DNA of 58,491 nt, the filler included, from Dugesia japonica (taxonomy: Eukaryota): assembly GCA_001938525.1 (NCBI GenBank). It is 5 parts of 5 records of this genome, joined end to end, with 100 filler letters (N's around TTAATTAATTAA, not from the genome) between each part and the next. Parts side by side here need not be neighbours in the genome. Positions count along the whole stretch, not along the records: positions 1 to 13,463 come from MQRL01344842.1; positions 13,564 to 29,415 come from MQRL01629149.1; 3 more parts are not named here. One strand, given 5' to 3'. Each line of letters starts with the position of its first letter. The first letter of the stretch is position 1. The position numbers and the translations under genes were made by a program. The notes under the pieces are model-generated. The model was not told the DNA's origin, searched no databases, and worked only from the letters and a program-made list of their open reading frames with translations. Positions 1 through 13,949 of the stretch are shown one piece after another.

Positions 1-362
1 AAAAAGTAAACTTTTCATATCTTCTCTGCTTTTAAAGATATTAAAGCTTAGATTTTTAAATTTTTTTAAGTATAACTACTATGGAATAAATTCAATTCTT
101 AATTTTGTTAGTATGTACATTGATTTTCTTATTGTGTTACGTGTTTAAAATTTAGTAAATTTGTTGATTAAACATTTATTTTTAGATTTCACACAATTCC
201 GAATTTATATATTCTACGAAAACTGAAAAGTGAATTTTTAAAATTAGATTAAACCATTTATGTATTGCAGTAATGATAAAGAAAATCAGAAGTATTCAGA
301 AAATCTCATATCTGGCATTCCTAGTTTTCCTTTGGAAGAGTAAATTAAATTTAATTTTTATA
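1..362 (+). repeat. Near-identical direct copy of 2113-2474 (GOLGA2 intron 2, exons 3-4)
   Basis: Direct comparison at offset 2112 nt shows only about 2 mismatches. Confidence 0.9.
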
Positions 363-778
363 ATCAGTAAATGACGCTTTCCCCTTATGCTTTAGCAAAT
401 CCTAGTCATAATACAAAAAAAACTATTTTTTATCATGATTTGAATAAAAACAATTTTTAACAAAGTATTTATGAAGTTCTTCACTTTTCTCTTTTGAATA
501 AACTACACCAGGAGGTTTTAATTTATGACATAAATTTTAATGTTCTTTAAATTTTGTTTTAGTAGTCTTAAATTTTTGATGACAACAATAACATTTTCAT
601 TCCTTATTAAAAATGATTCTACATTCACTTGATTCTAAATGTTTTTATAAATTAACTTTACCATCAATTTTTTCTTTATAATCATTACAAGTATATTCTT
701 TCATTTTATAAATAAAAAATTTTATTATATTTTTAAAAATCAAAATATCAGAAAATCAAAAACCAAAAACAAAACCTA

Positions 779-925
779 AGTAAATGGAAATTGACGAATT
801 CCATTTGGTTTTACAATTCACTTTCATAATACAAAATTTTATATTGTTATTTTTTCTATGTATTAAACATGTACTTAAATGAAAAGGGAAAAACCTTGAA
901 GGGAATTCGTCATTTTCCATTTACT
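779..925. mobile_element. MITE-like element with 24-bp terminal inverted repeats
   Basis: agtaaatggaaattgacgaattcc (779-802) pairs with ggaattcgtcattttccatttact (902-925), 1 mismatch. Confidence 0.55.
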
Positions 926-1441
926 CATCACTCTAGTGTCCTCCAGACCTACGTATGCCGGTTCTATGCTCATTTTACAGTATAAGTTCTATAGGCAATG
1001 TATAGGTTGAATTCAGGGGCTTCGTCAAAATTCGGGATACCAAAGCAAATTCAATTTGAATGTGAAATGAATTTTACATTATATCAGTTTAGTCAATTGT
1101 GTACTTTATTAGGAATTAAAAACCCTTTACTTCAATTTACTACCAGCAATCAGACGGTTTGATAGAGCGGACATTCAGAAGAGCGAAATAAGTGTATTGA
1201 TGAAAGAACAAAATATAAAGGTTCAGAGCAAAGTATTATTGATAGTTGATTACGGTTTGAGAATCGCTGCTCATAAAACAAAAAAGTATTCACCATATGA
1301 AAATATATTTGTTCGTAAACCAAGGCTACAATTTTGTAATATTTTTAAAAAACAATGATGTTGAAACAATAAATTATGACCAGTTTACATTTAATCTACG
1401 AGGGGAATTAAAATTGATACAAAAAAAATGTTTAAAAAAAT

Positions 1442-1666
1442 GTGGAAACAATGAACCAAAGAAGAGCTGAAAAGTATGATAGAACAAGATGGAATAAGAA
1501 ACTAAATGAGGGAAATCGGGCAATGGTGGGAAACGAACACAGAGAAGGATTTGGTCAAAGATTTATCGGGCCCTTCATTATTATTTCAATTAGAAACGAG
1601 AGTCAACAACTAATACAAAGAAAATGTAATCAAATCAAACACATTCCGACAAGAATGACAAGATGA
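1442..1666 (+). mobile_element. Gypsy integrase C-terminal (GPY/F) fragment
   Basis: Translation contains KYDRTRWNKKLNEG...GQRFIGPFII, typical of the Ty3/Gypsy integrase tail. Confidence 0.45.
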
Positions 1667-1945
1667 TAACATCAGGTGATAACATATATAAATATAAATT
1701 ATCTGTACTTTTGATAATTTTTTAAAATTTATGTGCAGTATTCTTAAAATAAAAAGTGTGTTTTACTGCAGCATTATTTGTCCTTGAAATTATTGTCAAC
1801 GTGTTGCTTATTATTTATAATAGAAATTCAGTTTCACCAGAGATTTCGGGAAGAGAACAATTTTTTAATATTAAATATAATAATTGATTTACAGATTTCA
1901 CAGTTAATTAAAATAATTTTGGAAATAATATTCGTTTTAAATTAA

Positions 1946-4900
1946 ATGTCAGAAAAATCAAGAGACGAGAAATTGGCTGCTGGAAAAAAAAAAGTATAAA
2001 TATTTTATTTGTTACTTTCTGTATTTATTTAATTTGAAGTTAAAAAAGTTTCAAGAAATTACCTCTAAATTAAAAGATAATGAAAAGAATTCGCAGAGTA
2101 ATTTCAAAAACAAAAAAGTAAACTTTTCATATCTTTTCTGCTTTTAAAGATATTAAAGCTTAGATTTTTAAATTTTTTTAAGTATAACTACTATGGAATA
2201 AATTCAATTCTTAATTTTGTTAGTATGTACATTGATTTTCTTATTGTGTTACGTGTTTAAAATTTAGTAAATTTGTTGATTAAACATTTATTTTTAGATT
2301 TCACACAATTCCGAATTTATATATTCTACGAAAACTGAAAAGTGAATTTTTAAAATTAGATTAAACCATTTATGTATTGCAGTAATGATAAAGAAAATCA
2401 GAAGTATTCAGAAAATCTCATATCTGGCATTCCTAGTTTTCCTTTGGAAGAGTAAATTAAATTTCATTTTTATAGGTTTTGATATATAAAAATTGATAAC
2501 TTGATATGTAAAGGTTAACTATAGTAATAATTAGCTTCTGAATAATTTAAAAATATAATTTCTCTTAAAACTTGGCAGTATACCCCTTTTATGTTAATTT
2601 TAATTTATCGCAATTGCGAGTTCTAGAACTAATGGACCTATTTTCTAGGCATCACATTTCGATTAGTAAATTACTTAATTCATTAGAATCAAGAAATTTC
2701 CAATTTCCCATAGTTCAAGAAAGCAACATATTTGATCCAACGTATTCCTTACTTTTTTAATAAATGTTTTTTACCTTTTACTAAATATCTTTGTTATTAA
2801 AATATCTTTGTCTTGTATTATTATTACAAATATCACATCTAATTATTGGTTTTTCTATAATCTTTTTACATTTTGAAAATCTTACATAAGTAGTAAATCC
2901 AGATAAAGTTTGTCACATATTTCACATTTAAATAATAAATTTTCTGAAACATAAACGCGTAATTTAGAAGTTATTTTATGTTTTTTCAATCCATTTAATG
3001 AGGTTGGGTTACTAGGCTTTTTAATGTTGTTTATTTATCGTTCTTTAAAATCATTCTGTTATTACTCTCTTAACTGCATTTCTTCCTCTTTCTTGATTAT
3101 CGTTTTTGTCTGGGGAATGATACCTAGTAACCACAATAATTTGAGTTTCTTTCTCTAGCAACAAAGAGAAATGAATGAGATGAATCCATTCCCGGATTCA
3201 GCGGGACTATGCTGTATCCTGTCTTGTGTGTTCAATTTCTATTATATTCTATTATTATATCCGGCTCTCGACTATTCGACGTTATTTGTCGTCATTAATT
3301 GTTAATAATCTTTTCAATTAAAACAATTTATAAAGAAACTTTATTTCCGTCACACTATATCATGCATCTAAATCGATAATCTATTTGATCCTTTCTTTAT
3401 CCATCTCATTTTCCGGTTTCGACACCTGTGTGAGTGTACGAACCGTTGTTATCACGTGTTTCACGGTTGAAATCGAAAAAACATGAAATTTAATATAAAG
3501 TTTACGTAATGTTTTAGAAATATAGGATGTCTTATATAACATGACAAAATTCAATATAATGAAACTGGATTCAATTTTTATTTTAGTCATTAAAGTAGAT
3601 AGGAACATTTTGATGTGAATTTATATTTCGTATATTTAAATTTTTATTTCATTTTCATAGACCAACAGGAACAACAGAAACAATTAAACAAATTTCCAGA
3701 CATTTGAATGGAATAATAAGCTGTAGTAACTCAAGTTTAGATCGTGAGTCTCAACAAGAATATCTGAGTACCATATACGAGTTGGAGGTAAACGAAATTA
3801 CTTAAATATACAATTATAATAAATTCCACAAATTTTCCCCATTTGTCTTTCATATGATCAGATATTTTCTCGACTCCTGTGTGTACTTACCGTATCGACT
3901 CTAGTATCTCGTCCTTGTGTGTCATTGTTTTCTTTCCGAAAACACTGTCCTTTTTGGCTATCCTTTATTTCTTTAATTTCATAAATTTGGTTTTTATCTT
4001 TCTTTTCTTGGCTTCTTCGTGAGTTTAAATTTATGGCACTGAACAGAATTTTTGAATTTCTCAACTATTTTCCAGATATGTTTTATGCGATATCTTCCTA
4101 TTCAGTCAATTAAAGAAAGCACTTCAAGGATTCCGATTTCAGTCAGTAAAACAAAAAATATTGCTGATGAAAATTCAAAATATTGAATATAAAAAGTGAT
4201 TCAAATGTAGGATTCAACGTTGGTAAATGTGTGTTGATGGTATTACTTTGGGTAGCATATTTTTAAAATCTTTTATTTAAAAGAAAGATTTAAATTATTG
4301 ATGAAAGATTTTAATAACAAATATTTGGTTAAATGATAAATTAAAATTTCTAAAGTGAACGAAAATTTTGTCTTAAATTTGTAATGACAATTAAGTAAAT
4401 AAATAAAATTTTTTAAATAAATTAAATTAATTTTAAATAAATAAAATTTTTGTTTTTAAATATTAAAAATGACGATTGAATAGTAAAGTAAAATTTTTTT
4501 AAATAACTTAAAATAAATTTTAAAAAGATAATCACCAATTAAAACACGGAATTTTAATTTGTTTGAATAAAAAAGTATAGTTTTGTTTTAATAATAATAA
4601 ATTTTGATATTGATGATCCGATGAGTACTCCAAACTCATCTAATGACTTAATTTATTTATTATATTTTGTTGGGATGCGGCAATAACCTAAGGTCACTAA
4701 TATCATAAAGTTTCTAACTCTTAAACCTTTGAAATTTAAAATTAAACGTTTAACTGGTCATTTTTAGAAAAGAAATGTGGAATTAGCAAATCTAAATTCT
4801 AATAAAGTCGAACAAATGGAATTATTTAATAGCAAAATAGGATCCTTGCATGCGACAATTGACAGAATTACAAAAGAGTTTGAAAATGAAAAATTATATT

Positions 4901-7900
4901 TAGAAAATTCATGTAAAAAACAAATTGAGTCTTATAAAACTCAGTTGCAAAGTCAAGTACACACGATAAGTTTGTTAATAGCAGAAAAATCTGAATTGCA
5001 AAGTCAAGTGTCTCATAATCAAAAACTGGCTAATCAGCGTTTTCAGGTACTTGAATTGCAAAATTTAATCTAAGAAATTTATTATTACAGGAAATAGACG
5101 ATTTTACAAATAAATTGAAGGCATCAAGACAAAAAGTTGGTGATTTGGAAAAATCTGTTAGTGAATTAAAACATGCAAATGAAAAATATGAAGAGGCTAT
5201 GTCTGATATACTAAGACAGTTAGAACAAACTCGTAATGAAATTAAAAAAGTTAAGTCAGAGAAAGAAGATTTATTTTCTGAAAATTCTCAATTAAAATCC
5301 AAGTTAATATCAAAAACACAAGAAATATCAGATATGGAATTAACCTTTGATGATTTAAAATCTGAATTAGAAATAGCTCAAGTAAGAATTTTTTTTTTTA
5401 ATTTTAAAACTATTATGTTAGGTACAAATTCAACATTTGACAAATAATCAAGAAGGTCATTATGACAATTTATGTTCTAAATTAAAAATAACTGAACAAA
5501 ACAATATTGACTTGAAAGGAAACATTGAATCATTGAAATCTAATCTGCAACAAAGTGAATTACAAAATATTCGGTTACAAAATCAATATCGTTGTTACAT
5601 TGAAGAAGTGGAATTTTTTTATTATAATTTTACAATTAATTTATTAAGACGGAAGAAAAGTTAAAAAATTATCAATCTCAGTTTTTTGAAGCACTTGAAA
5701 CTAAAAATGACACTTTACAAATAGAAAATGGCAAAAATCAATCAACCGGAAATGGTTAGATACTTTTAAAGTTGATTATTTGATAACTTAATAAACTGTA
5801 GTTTTCTTGATTGGTATTTCCGTCTCTAAACCTTCAACATTGCTGTACAAAATCTATACTTGAATTTCCTTTCCTAGCCTGTAATTATATTGTAATTATA
5901 TCGGTCTTCTACTGAATTTCATTGATGTGTTTGTATTCTCTTGTATTCTCTTGAGTTTTCATTATTTGTTAAGTGTTTGATGCTGCATTGTAAAGACAAA
6001 CTGCTTTAGTCTTATCAACATTGTTGTTTTCTTCTCATTTTCTATACTTGAGTTCAAAATCGTAATCCAAAATTTGGCATCCAAATTGTGGAATTGTGGA
6101 ATATCCGGTTTCATTTAGGAACACAAACGCTTTGTTATTTGTTCTTACAAAGCGTTCCAGATTTATTTTTATCCCCGAATCTCTGGTACTGCAAAAAACT
6201 GTCTTGTGATCTTATTGTGATCCACTAAAGTCTTCCCGTACAACTGAATACCGTCCATATATACAATAACTCTCTTTATTAAACCTTCAAGCATCGCGTA
6301 CATTAACTTCTGATAAGTAACCAGTGCCGTAGCTAATCCAAAAAGCATGCATCTGAAATTACCTTCTTTCGTTCTGAAGTTAATAACATCCCTTGACTTT
6401 TCCACCAATTCCACTTGTTAATGGCCTTTATCTAGATCAATCGATGAAAATATTTTCGCTTCTGATTAGTAATCTAAATAATAGCTGGATGTCCGACATG
6501 GGAAAAGTACTTTTTCTGTTCACAAATTCATTTGTCTGTAATACACACACATTCTTGTTGGGCCCTCCTTTTCATCCATAATACTACTTAAGAATTCCAA
6601 GAACTGTTACACTTGGTAATGACACTAATCTTCGCTAATTATTTAAAAACATCTTTAGTTTTCTTTTCTAAATGCATCGACTGTATACTAGGGTGTTGTA
6701 TCACCAGATTATCTTGCACTTATTTCATATTTTACCTTTCTAGTATATCCTATATCGAACTTCGAAGCCACGAATACATCAACAAAATAATGATGTTTAA
6801 TTTCGTTAATTTCATTCCAAAATTACGCACAATATCGATGTCACCTATAAATTCTAGATGGATCTGTCCTACTGAGATAATTTTAATATTTCATCGTATA
6901 TTCAAAAAATAACTAATAAAAAATAAAGTTTTATTTAACAAACACTGGTATGACCAATCTCGTTAAACAGGTCACGATAGGCATAGCAAAAGCTAATACC
7001 TCAATTTTCTACATACAACAAACAACAGATTTTTTAAAAAACAGTCTGAGCTCAAACATCACAATCTATAGTATTGAACTATATTATTAGCCTTGAACTA
7101 AAGATTCTGGGACTGGCTTTTATTACTTTTTTCTGTTAGCATTTGTTTAATTATTTGTTAAAGTATTTAATTCTTTTGATATTCAGTTCAATCGCTTTTT
7201 TTTGGTTGACTGGGCTCCAAGATCCAAGTTTTCCGATGAAAACTTGGATCTTTATGATACTTGGCCCCGATTGATTTTCCAACTTGTTTGTATTCATTTT
7301 TGTTGTCTATTCTCACTTTGTTGAAGCCTACGAAGGAATCATATGGCATTTTCACATCGAGTATGCGGATTTTCGCATTTTAATGCTAGTTATAACTAGA
7401 TCTGGCCTCAGTTTGGTATTGAGTCTTTGAGGTAAGCAGTCATTTTGAGCGTCAGAATCCCGTTTCCTAAATATGGAATCCTTTTCAAGGATTCTGTTAT
7501 GTTTTTTATATTTTTGAATTTTCAAGGCTGGATAATGATTGAAAATATGAGTTTGAGTGTCAGCATGTCTCCAGTAACAAAATGGGCAAGTTCTTTTTCA
7601 GTCTATTAGGGTTATAATTTGTTCTAAGGAGGTAGTTTCTTACTCTAACTATGTACAGGAAATTTCTCTCAGACACATTGATCTTCTTCATAAATTTAAT
7701 ACCGTAGGCGCAGAGATTGGCAATTAATTAAATTAATTAAATTGGCAATTAATTATTGAGTTAAAGGTCTGCTTTATTTATAATAGTAAGTAAAGCCGAT
7801 TTCTTTATGAAGAGTTTTGTAGACTTAGACTTCGAATCTCTGTTGAATATTGATTAATTGATTATATTCTGCAAGCTGAGACAAGCTCATGGAGATCTGA

Positions 7901-10900
7901 TCTTCGTCAAAATAGAAAATAACTTTGAGCCTAATGAACTCCTTGATTGCTTTAATAACTAGTCTGACTCTAGTCCACCAAGAGGCTACCACATAAGCTT
8001 TGTCTTTTGGCGGTATTGTATCATTTAACCAATCTAAGCGTTTATCCAAATTAAGAGTGTCGTCTTTCCTGAAACGATGTTTCCCAGTAAACTCCAGTTC
8101 AAAAGTTGCAAATTTTCTGAAAGCCTTTATATCAGAGTTGAGAGTACGAAAAGTATGCACAATTGTTTAAATATAGTATTCATCTATTGATGGCATCAAA
8201 CCAAGTTCACCCAGGTTAGTTAGTACAAACAGGAATGCATTGTTGTGAATTGTGTTTGGGGTCTTAATTATGTTTTATAGCATTTTCTTAATTTTTTGTT
8301 CGTAGATTTTTTGTTCGTAGGATTTTTGAGTTTCAATTGAAGAATCTTTCTGTTTCTCATAAAGTATATAATCCTTGAATGGATACCATTTTGTATTTTC
8401 TGAGCCGGATTAAGCAAGTTTTTTATAGTCAAGAGGTAACGTGTAAAAGATGTGGAAATGGTGGACATAGTGCAAAAGAGTGTTACACAATTTTGAAAAT
8501 GAAAATAACAACCGATATATTTGTGAATAATGATATAATCGAATTCATGTGATTGAAGATGAAGAACTCAATACAAACGATGGATATGAAAAAGTATATG
8601 AAAGTGATTCTAAAAGGCAGTACCCAAAAGGTAGGGCTCCACCAGTAGAGGAGTTGGTTGGGGCCATCTATTGCTAAATAAAGTAAGTGATTATTCTCCA
8701 TGGATCGAAAAGTAGGATGATATAGTACAAACGATAGTACACTTGAAATTGTTGGTAAAGTTAGAACAATTGATGACGTTTTCCTTTACAGTTACCTTTT
8801 TAGTTGCAGAAAGAGTGACAGCAGATCTGATAGGAGGAATAGATATGCAGAAGACCTTTGGATACCAGCTTGTATGGAAAGTGAACATTAAAACTAATAA
8901 AAAAGTCGAAAATTACATTTGTAATATTGAAGCAAAAGTTGGAAGACAAATTAAAAAGGGAGAGCGATTGACAAAAGATTTAACTATTCTGAAGATTTAA
9001 GACCATGAACGGTTATTGAAGATAATGTGCAATAAAGAAGAGGTTTTCATGGTGGATAAATAGGATATAGGACACACATCTGATAACACGAAAGTGTTGA
9101 ACTAATCAACGTTAAACCGTATAGATAATCAATTAACTTGGAAGCTACAATTGAAGATGCTCTCCAGAACCTGTTTGAGAAATGTATTATCTGGAAATGC
9201 AACTCAACATACTCCACTTAAATGTGTTTGGCAAATAGGAAAAGAAAGACATAAGAATATATTTTGATTTCAGACAATTGAATGCAGTAACGAAAAGACA
9301 ATCCTTTCCTATACCTAACGTTGATGAAATGCTGTACAAGTTAGATGGAGCAAAATATTTCAGTTCAATAGATTTGAGAAATGCTTATTATCAGGTAGAA
9401 GTAGAAGAAGAATCTCAAGTAAAAACAGCATTCAGTTATTTACGAACAATAAAGATCAACACTATTAAGTAATTGAGAGTTGTGTAGCTGACCAAGCAAC
9501 AAGAACTTAGAATGAACAGATGAAATAAACGATACTTTTGAGGGTTTGGTGAAAGCTCTAATGACTGCGCTAATATTGTGTTTTCAAGACATAAATAGAT
9601 CATTTCTATTAGAAACAGGTGTCAATTTCGATACAATTAGAGCAGTATTGTCACAGAGAGATAAAGAAAGCAGAGAAATAGTAGAAATTTTTTCTACTAT
9701 ATAAGTATATTTTAATATTCATTATTAATATTATTATTATACATATTTCTATTATCTGGATTTTATAAATTAAATTCAATGCTTTTAATGTATTATTAAA
9801 TTTTAGTGTCATATTACGAAAATATTATCCATGAACTAGAAAATGTGAAGCAATGCTTGACTAAGAAGACTGAATCTTTAGAAAGTCATAATGTGGATTT
9901 AAAAGAAAAAAATGCATGTTTGTTAAATAAAAATGAAAAATTGATTAAAAATATTGAAGAATTGGAAATCAAAAATGAAGGTTTAATAGAAAGAACAAAT
10001 CAATTCGAATTAAATCAGATGGATTATAATCAATTATTAAATCAAGTGCAATCTGATAAGACTGCATTAAGTCGTGCTTTGACACAAAACAAACAATTAA
10101 AATCACAGTTGATAGAACTACAAGAAGCTTTTGTAAAATTAGTAAATTTCCTTTAACTTTATCATAAATTTTAAAATATATTTAGAGTTCTGATAATATG
10201 GATTATTCAACTCAACTTCAACATGAAAAGTACATTAGTAAAGAACTAGCAACGAGGTTAGGTGAACAAGAAGATGAATTAACAGATATCCGGAGAACGG
10301 TGACTAACTATATCTTTATATATAGTTATTATTACTTGTAGTTATCCGCGAAAGATGAAGACGTATCTAAATCAAATCATTCTATCCATCGACTTACTGA
10401 AGAATTATTGACTTTTAGTAGTAATTTGGAAAATGATTCTTTGCAAAGATCAGAATCACATTTCAACATGGCTAATAAAGTGTTTATTGAAAATTTACAA
10501 AATGATTTATTGAATTCCCAGGTTAGATTTAAAAGGTTAATTTATTTTCTTTTCCATATAGTATTATTTTTCATCAGGAGGGGGATACATGTAGTCTAGA
10601 CCAGAAAGTGACGTAATCATTAAGATGTTAATTTTCACACCTTTACAATAAACAATGTTAGGTATAAATTTTCACACTTTATTTGACCTGAAAAATTAAA
10701 TTTTTATTTCTAATCACAGTTTAATGTAAACAATTGATTTTTTATGGCTTTGTTTGTTTAAAGCATTGCGCATTGAGCATTAATACATAAAATTATTATT
10801 ATTATATTATTACTATAATTAATGTTAATATTAAAACGTTTTTTAAAGTTTAAATTTCAGAACTTTGAAGCCAATTTCATGCATTAATAAAAACAATATT

Positions 10901-11082
10901 TTTTTTAATTATTATAAAAATGTTATTTTTCATAGGTGTGTATTCAGTTCACATCTTGAGTTTTCACACATGTGCTTAGTACTTTCACATAATAGTGAAA
11001 GACCGTGAGAAATTTCACACTTCAAACTTGACCTAAACACATTAATTGTCAATTATTATTTTTTTTATTATTACAATTATTA

Positions 11083-11116
<34 letters not shown>

Positions 11117-12954
11117 GATTATTATTATTACTAATAATAATAATAGCCTACAAGCAATAAATACTTATTTACATGATTATAAATAGTGCACACAAAGTTT
11201 TAAACATTTTTTGTAAGCACAGTAATCTCCATGATTATAATATATACAGAAAAAATTATCAGTTATACATAATTGTAGAGTTATAATTAACAATTCGAAG
11301 AGTCGGGAAAAAGTGTTTGACAGTATTAGTTTTCTTTCCTTTTACTTGATCATTCACATAAAACAATGTATATTAAGAATTTTTTTCAAATCATCGAGAA
11401 TTTGAATTGGATCAAATTTACAATCTCCGTTGTGAGATAGTTTTTAAAAGCAGATTTAATTTTTTGTATTTTGAGGCGGAATTTATTGAAATAAATTGGT
11501 TAAATATTTAAATTTTTTTCAAAAAATAAGATAAAATATTTAAAATGTATTTTTAAATTTGACATTTTTAAAATTAATTAATTATTAATAATTATTAATT
11601 ATTGTTATATTTTCATTTAGAAGTTTTAATAATAGTCATTCAATGTCATTGCCAAAGAAGAGAAGGATTATTGATGAAAAACGGATGTTTAATGAAAATG
11701 GGAAAATTTTTGTGACAGAAATGAAGGACAAAATACAATGTCTAATTTGTATGCAGTGCATATCTGTTCCAAAAGAATACAACGTACACAGACACTTTGA
11801 TACAATGCACAAAGAACAGTATAAAACAATAACTGGAAAAATCCGCGATGAAAAAGTTCAATATCTAAAAGCATCAATTGGAAAGTTTGCGGGAAGAATT
11901 TTACCGCCGTTTTCAGAAATTTAAAAAGCTTGAACCGCAATTTAAAATTTTTCTATACCATCTGTAGTGTTCCAGATGAACTACAGATGGAGATATTGGA
12001 ACTTCAATGTGACACCATTCTCAAACAGAAGTATATAGCTGTTGATCTAGTGGATTTCTATAAATTTCTATAAGCGAGAAATATCCAAATTTACTTGCTA
12101 TGTGTGCCAAGATGATGTCAATGTTTGGTAGCACATATTTGTGCAAACAATTCTTCTCATCAATGATAATTAACAAATCTGTTCTGCGGTCGACGATCAC
12201 AGATGAACATTTGCTGGCAATCTTACGACTGGATGTATCACATTATATCAAGGCCTATGTTGACTCTCTGGTAAATGCGAAACGCTGTCAACTGAGTAGT
12301 CAGAGTGACGAATGTTCGAAATAATAAAATTTAATAAAAATGTTTNNNAGATTTATTAGAATAGAATTTAATTAGAATTTAATGGTTATTTTATTTCTTT
12401 TAGAATAATATTTCTATGCTTCCCAATAATTAGCCTACTTAATGTCCTAAACATATAATATGAATAATAAAATGAAATAATAATGAAGAATTTCAACCAA
12501 TAGAAATAGGTGAAAATGATTAATTTATTCAATAATAGATTGTTGTTAAGATAGTGTTGTATATAATGGAAGAAATNGTTACAGTGAGTTACGGTATTAA
12601 TGCGGTCCGCTGACTAACGAATTTGGTCTAATGCGGCCCGAGAAATCACTTGAGTTTGAGACCCCTGCTCTAGATGTACCTAACACCCATAAACAGTTAC
12701 AAAATTATTTGTTATAATTACATGCAAAATATGTTACACTTATTGTTGCAAATATGAATTTCTAAAATTGATTGTGCCAAATTAGACACTTAAGAATTAA
12801 TATTGATATCTTAACAATTACTGTTATTGTTACATTCATTTGAAATTTTATATTTTTATTTCAGGAAAGAATAAATCAATTAACAACAGAAAATAACAAT
12901 TTACAATATGAGCTTAATCAAAATATTAAAAGATTTATGATAAACAAATCTGAG
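1946..12954 (+). CDS. GOLGA2: Golgin subfamily A member 2 (GM130)-like coiled-coil protein; 13 exons, 3' end missing at the contig join
   Basis: Phase-consistent GT-AG exons: 1946-1993, 2040-2117, 2298-2341, 2383-2451, 3661-3787, 4768-5046, 5091-5381, 5422-5607, 5649-5754, 9807-10141, 10186-10299, 10342-10521, 12865-12954. GM130-type motifs: N-terminal MSEKSRDEKLAAGKKK|LKKFQE, TIKQISRHLNGII, QVHTISLLIAEKSELQ, KLKASRQKVGDLEK, DKTALSRALTQNKQLKSQLIELQEAFVKL|SSDNM. Confidence 0.9.
5790..6900 (-). mobile_element. Decayed Ty3/Gypsy pol fragment (RT to RNase H)
   Basis: FRTKEGNFRCMLFGLATALVTYQKLM...VIVYMDGIQLYGKT matches the RT MPFGL and YxDD regions in degenerate form; stops and frameshifts present. 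Confidence 0.75.
7140..8255 (-). mobile_element. 3' part of an RLE-type (R2/NeSL/R4/CRE group) non-LTR retrotransposon, decayed
   Basis: Minus-strand translation gives RT thumb AFLFVLTNLGELGLMPSIDEY..HTFRTLNSD, zinc knuckle CPFC-x8-HIFNH, KHN (RHN-like) motif, then LRPDLVI...ILDVKMPYD...KY, the PD-(D/E)xK restriction-like endonuclease. Confidence 0.75.
8260..9690 (+). mobile_element. Decayed Ty3/Gypsy gag-pol remnant, same family as 37150-38917
   Basis: Zinc knuckle CKRCGNGGHSAKEC, protease end DLIGGIDMQK, RT DFRQLNAVTKRQSFPIPNVDEML..AKYFSSIDLRNAYYQV, RNase H FLLETG..AVLSQ. DNA similarity to 37850-38900. Confidence 0.85.
10602..12667 (+). mobile_element. Internally deleted hAT (Buster/SPIN/GTF2IRD2-type) DNA transposon in GOLGA2 intron 12
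   Basis: 11643 ORF has BED-like CLIC..ISVPKEYNVHRHFDTMH; 12100 ORF has the hATC motif FGSTYLCKQFFS..KS.LRSTITDEHL. Right TIR gagtttgagacccctg ends at 12667. Imperfect 8-bp TSD gtctagac/ctctagat; the left boundary is uncertain. Confidence 0.8.
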
Positions 12955-13463
12955 GTTAGTGAATGACCAATTTTTAATATTAAAGTTTTAATGTTTTTAA
13001 TTTTAATATTAAATCTGAAATTTTAAATTTTAAATTAAAATATGAAATTAATCATAAAATGTTAAATAATATATAATATTAAATATATCAGATCATTTGT
13101 ATTGATTTTAAGTTAAGTTACTAAGCGTATAATTAATGTTATATTAGTACATATCGTGTTGTTAAAATTAAGATAAAATATTGTATTAGAAGAGTTTTGA
13201 AAACTCAGATTATCAACATCAAAATTCAACTCCATAAAATTTATTTCAAAATAAAAAACTATGCTTAACACTTTTTGTTTATTCAAACAAATTGAAATCC
13301 CGTGTTTTCATTCTTGATCATTTTTAAAATTAATTTATTTAAAACATTTTATTTATTTAAAATTAATTCAATTTAATTTTATAATTACAATTATTGTGAG
13401 AATAATTGTTGGACTTAACCATTGATCGCACTTGAGGTTTCATTAAAATAAAGAAAAAGCTTC

Positions 13464-13563
13464 NNNNNNNNNNNNNNNNNNNNNNNNNNNNNNNNNNNNN
13501 NNNNNNNTTAATTAATTAANNNNNNNNNNNNNNNNNNNNNNNNNNNNNNNNNNNNNNNNNNNN
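13464..13563. other. Artificial contig join (44N-TTAATTAATTAA-44N)
   Basis: Exactly 100 nt, with a six-frame stop linker at 13508-13519. Confidence 0.95.
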
Positions 13564-13949
13564 TTACTATTATCATAGAAATTATTAAAATTGTTATTAT
13601 CATTATTTTCCACTAGGGTGATGATCATCATTATAGTTACTATTATTGGTATGATTAAGCTCATGAATATTGAGTTATGCCCTTCAACAAATCAATAACT
13701 TTATCACTGTCATGAGGTTATAATCACCGGTGTTGCTTACCTGATGCTCCTTACTCGATGGGTCATAGATTAATAAGTTGATAAATCTAATAGATATTAG
13801 TGTTACTTGATAATGTTAGGCCATGGTGCCAGCGATCTGATTAGGTTGCTATTAAATTGTTCACCACCCTGTTCAACTCTACCTTGATAACGAATGAACG
13901 GCCCTTTTATCGAAATAAACTCTGGCTTACTAATTTCCGTATTTAGGAC

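Noticed and set aside
8483-8888. Minus-strand ORFs 8483-8701 and 8691-8888, and similar ones at 11689, 37701, 45838 and 48822
   Set aside because: Antisense shadows of transposon or viral coding sequence.
13508-13519. Recurring TTAATTAATTAA palindrome as a biological repeat or recombination site
   Set aside because: It is always centred in exactly 44+44 Ns, so it is an artificial six-frame stop linker.
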